A stretch of DNA of 56,062 nt, filler included, from Chthonomonadaceae bacterium (GTDB taxonomy: Bacteria; Armatimonadota; Chthonomonadetes; Chthonomonadales; Chthonomonadaceae): NCBI GenBank assembly GCA_035650735.1. It is 3 parts of 3 records of this genome, joined end to end, with 100 filler letters (N's around TTAATTAATTAA, not from the genome) between each part and the next. Parts side by side here need not be neighbours in the genome. Positions count along the whole stretch, not along the records: positions 38,584 to 56,062 come from DASRGZ010000209.1; 2 more parts are not named here. One strand, written 5' to 3'. This document shows, piece after piece, positions 53,828 to 56,062 of this stretch (position 1 is its first letter; every line of letters starts with the position of its first letter). The notes beneath the pieces are model-generated. The model saw only the letters and a program-made list of their open reading frames with translations. It was not told the origin of the DNA and did not search any database. Made by a program: the position numbers and the translations under genes.

Positions 53828-55669
53828 ATGCGGCTTGTGCGCACGATGCGAATAGCGGCTCCGCGCGAGAGGGTCTGGGAACTGATGGCGGATACGGAAC
53901 GGCTGAACCGGGAGGTGGGGCTGCCGTCGATCCGCTACGAGTTCCTGCCGCGGGCGACGGGCGGGACGGAGATGTTCGGGACGGTGCAGGTGGGGCCGGT
54001 ATCGGTGCGGTATCGTGAGCTCCCCTTTGAATGGGTGCGTCCCGACTTCCATAGCGTGCGGCGGCTGTTTGAGAGCGGGCCGATCCGGGAGACGGCCCTG
54101 GAGTTCAGGCTGCGGGAGGAGGAGGGCGCAACGCGCGTGGACAGCACAGCGGTCCTCGTGCCGCGCCACTTCGCTGCAAGCTCGTTCGTGCGGGTGGTGG
54201 GCGAAAAGCTGATGCGCGACCTGACCGAGACCTGGAAGACATTCGAGGCGTATCTGGTCGGGCAGGCGGAGACGCCCTATCCCCGGCACAGCCGGCAGCC
54301 TCCGGTGGATCGGGAGCGGCTTCAGCGGGCGGTCGCGGCGCTGCGGCAGACGGGAGCAGAGGCGCAGATCGTAAGCCGCCTGGCGGACTACCTGGCCCAC
54401 GCGCCCCCCGAAGACGTGACGACAATCCGACCCTTCGCGCTGGCAGATGCGTGGGGATGGGAGCGGCTTGCCGTCTTGAAGACGTTTTTGCGGGCGGCGT
54501 CGCGCGAGGTGGGCCTGCTGGAGCTGCGCTGGCGTCTGCTCTGCCCGTCTTGCCGGGGCGCGGCCCCGGAGAACACAAGCCTCCATCTGGGCGACATCCG
54601 GGCGGAGGTCCATTGCCCTTCGTGCAACATACGCTTCGACGCAGATTTTGATAAGTCGGTGGAGGTCTGCTTTGCGGTCGCGCCCGGCGTGCGCCCGGTG
54701 CGGGAGGTCCAGTATTGCCGGGGCGGGCCGTGGCTGACGCCGCACGTCTGCGCGCAGTTGACGCTGGAGGCGGGCAAGACGCGCACCCTGCCGATCTGCC
54801 TGCCGCCGGGCCGCTACGCGCTGGTCAGCCCGCAGGCGGCAGGCTCGATTCCGTTCTGTGTGGAGAACGCGGGGGACGACGGCAGTAAGCGGAAGGTCTG
54901 TGCGGCGGTGAAGGGCCAGGCCGGGCAGGCGGCGCTCGTCCTGCCGGAGACGGCGGTGGGCCGCCAGGCGGAGTGGACGCTGGCAAACCATACGGAGGAG
55001 CCGGTCCTGCTGCACCTGGAGTCGCAGGAGCCGGGCGTGCCGGTGGCGACGGCGGCGCTGGTGACCACGCTCCAGGCGTTCCGGGATCAGTTTTCCTCCG
55101 AGGTGCTTTCACCGGGGGTGGAAGTTGCAGTGCGCCAGATCTGCGTGCTCTTCAGCGACTTGAAGGGCTCGACGGCGATGTACCGGCAGCGGGGCGACGC
55201 GCCCTCCTATCGCCTGGTGCGCGACCACTTTGAGGCCATGCGGCGGATCATCGCCGACCACGATGGGGCGCTGGTGAAAACCATCGGGGATGCGGTCATG
55301 GCCGCGTTTGCCGATCCCGCGCACGGGCTTGCCGCCGCCATTGCCATCCAGAAGGAGGCGCGCGCCCTGACCGATCCGCTGATCGTGAAGCTGGGGCTGC
55401 ACTCTGGCCCGACGATAGCCATCAACGCCAACGGCCTGCTGGACTACTTCGGCCAGACGGTGAACCTGGCGGCGCGGCTGCAAAGCCAGAGCCAGGGCGA
55501 GGACATCGTGATTGCAGCGGATCTGGCGCAGGATGCGCGCGTCGCCGAGGTTCTCCGGGCCAACGCCTGCCATCTGGAGCCGTTCACGCAGACGGTGCGC
55601 GGCCTGGATGCGCCCCTCGCCATGCTGTGCGTCACGCTGCCTGACGAGGAGCTTTCGGCCGGCGTATGA
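53828..55669 (+). CDS. Class III adenylate/guanylate cyclase with SRPBCC and DUF5939-like (two CPSC) N-terminal domains
   Basis: APRERVWELMAD; CPSC x2; FSDLKGST, KTIGDAVM, DYFGQTVNLAARL. Confidence 0.9.
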   Translation: MRLVRTMRIAAPRERVWELMADTERLNREVGLPSIRYEFLPRATGGTEMFGTVQVGPVSVRYRELPFEWVRPDFHSVRRLFESGPIRETALEFRLREEEGATRVDSTAVLVPRHFAASSFVRVVGEKLMRDLTETWKTFEAYLVGQAETPYPRHSRQPPVDRERLQRAVAALRQTGAEAQIVSRLADYLAHAPPEDVTTIRPFALADAWGWERLAVLKTFLRAASREVGLLELRWRLLCPSCRGAAPENTSLHLGDIRAEVHCPSCNIRFDADFDKSVEVCFAVAPGVRPVREVQYCRGGPWLTPHVCAQLTLEAGKTRTLPICLPPGRYALVSPQAAGSIPFCVENAGDDGSKRKVCAAVKGQAGQAALVLPETAVGRQAEWTLANHTEEPVLLHLESQEPGVPVATAALVTTLQAFRDQFSSEVLSPGVEVAVRQICVLFSDLKGSTAMYRQRGDAPSYRLVRDHFEAMRRIIADHDGALVKTIGDAVMAAFADPAHGLAAAIAIQKEARALTDPLIVKLGLHSGPTIAINANGLLDYFGQTVNLAARLQSQSQGEDIVIAADLAQDARVAEVLRANACHLEPFTQTVRGLDAPLAMLCVTLPDEELSAGV

Positions 55670-55921
55670 GACTACAGGGCTGCTGTTGGCGACGAAGTTC
55701 CGCCGGAATATAGGGGGCGCTCACGGTACGCTACTTTACACCCATGTGCTGCTTGGCACGCGCTTTTGCCAGGCGCATAATATGTTCGAGTTGTAGATAG
55801 TGCTCTAACTCGAATGCTTCCTCCGCCGTTAGGTTTTCTGCTTTAGAACAGGCCACCAGGTCGGCGACCCGTTCCCTTGTCGCTTTAGATGGGCGCAATT
55901 CACCAATGCTTTTGTGTATAT

Positions 55922-56062
55922 TAACTCAAGTTGCCACCTACGCGAGAATGGCATAAGCCAGCACAGTAAGAACGATCTTGAGTTCAAATCCTGCCGGTGT
56001 CACCGCATGTAAGTGCGGCTGAACCAGTTGGTCACTCCACTAAAGGTCGTCTCCACCCGCTT
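55922..56062 (-). mobile_element. Right end of an IS982-family element, copy 2
   Basis: Identical to 38343-38483; lies at contig end. Confidence 0.85.

Overview
GC-rich bacterial DNA made of three contigs (1-19728, 19829-38483, 38584-56062) joined by artificial N/TTAATTAATTAA/N linkers, so adjacency across the gaps has no biological meaning. Gene content suggests a diderm, Terrabacteria-type organism, possibly Armatimonadota (inference only). Contig 1: outer-membrane biogenesis cluster (tamB, ECF sigma, bamA, skp, Skp-like lipoprotein), lipA, accB, hom, a truncated AAA_35 gene, an orphan antitoxin, an enolase-family dehydratase and htrA. Contig 2: IS256 left end, ankyrin protein, fliC-fliD-fliS-fliT-like, a large secreted carbohydrate-active candidate, trpS, site-2 protease, lysA, a TPR-CHAT protein, and parD abutting an IS982 end. 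Contig 3: catabolic enzymes, pseB-pseC-deacetylase, SUFU-domain protein, HTH antitoxin with a frameshifted mazF, fucI, methyltransferase, transposase relic, class III cyclase and a second IS982 end. I found no tRNA, rRNA, CRISPR array or reverse transcriptase, and I cannot show a complete new protein system. The strongest unexplained signals are: (i) a modular family of intergenic hairpin elements with shared termini and shuffled internal cassettes, (ii) three toxin-antitoxin loci that all keep the antitoxin but lack an intact adjacent toxin, (iii) a shared sigma28-type promoter motif linking fliC, fliD and pseB, and (iv) a promoter-proximal terminator upstream of lysA.
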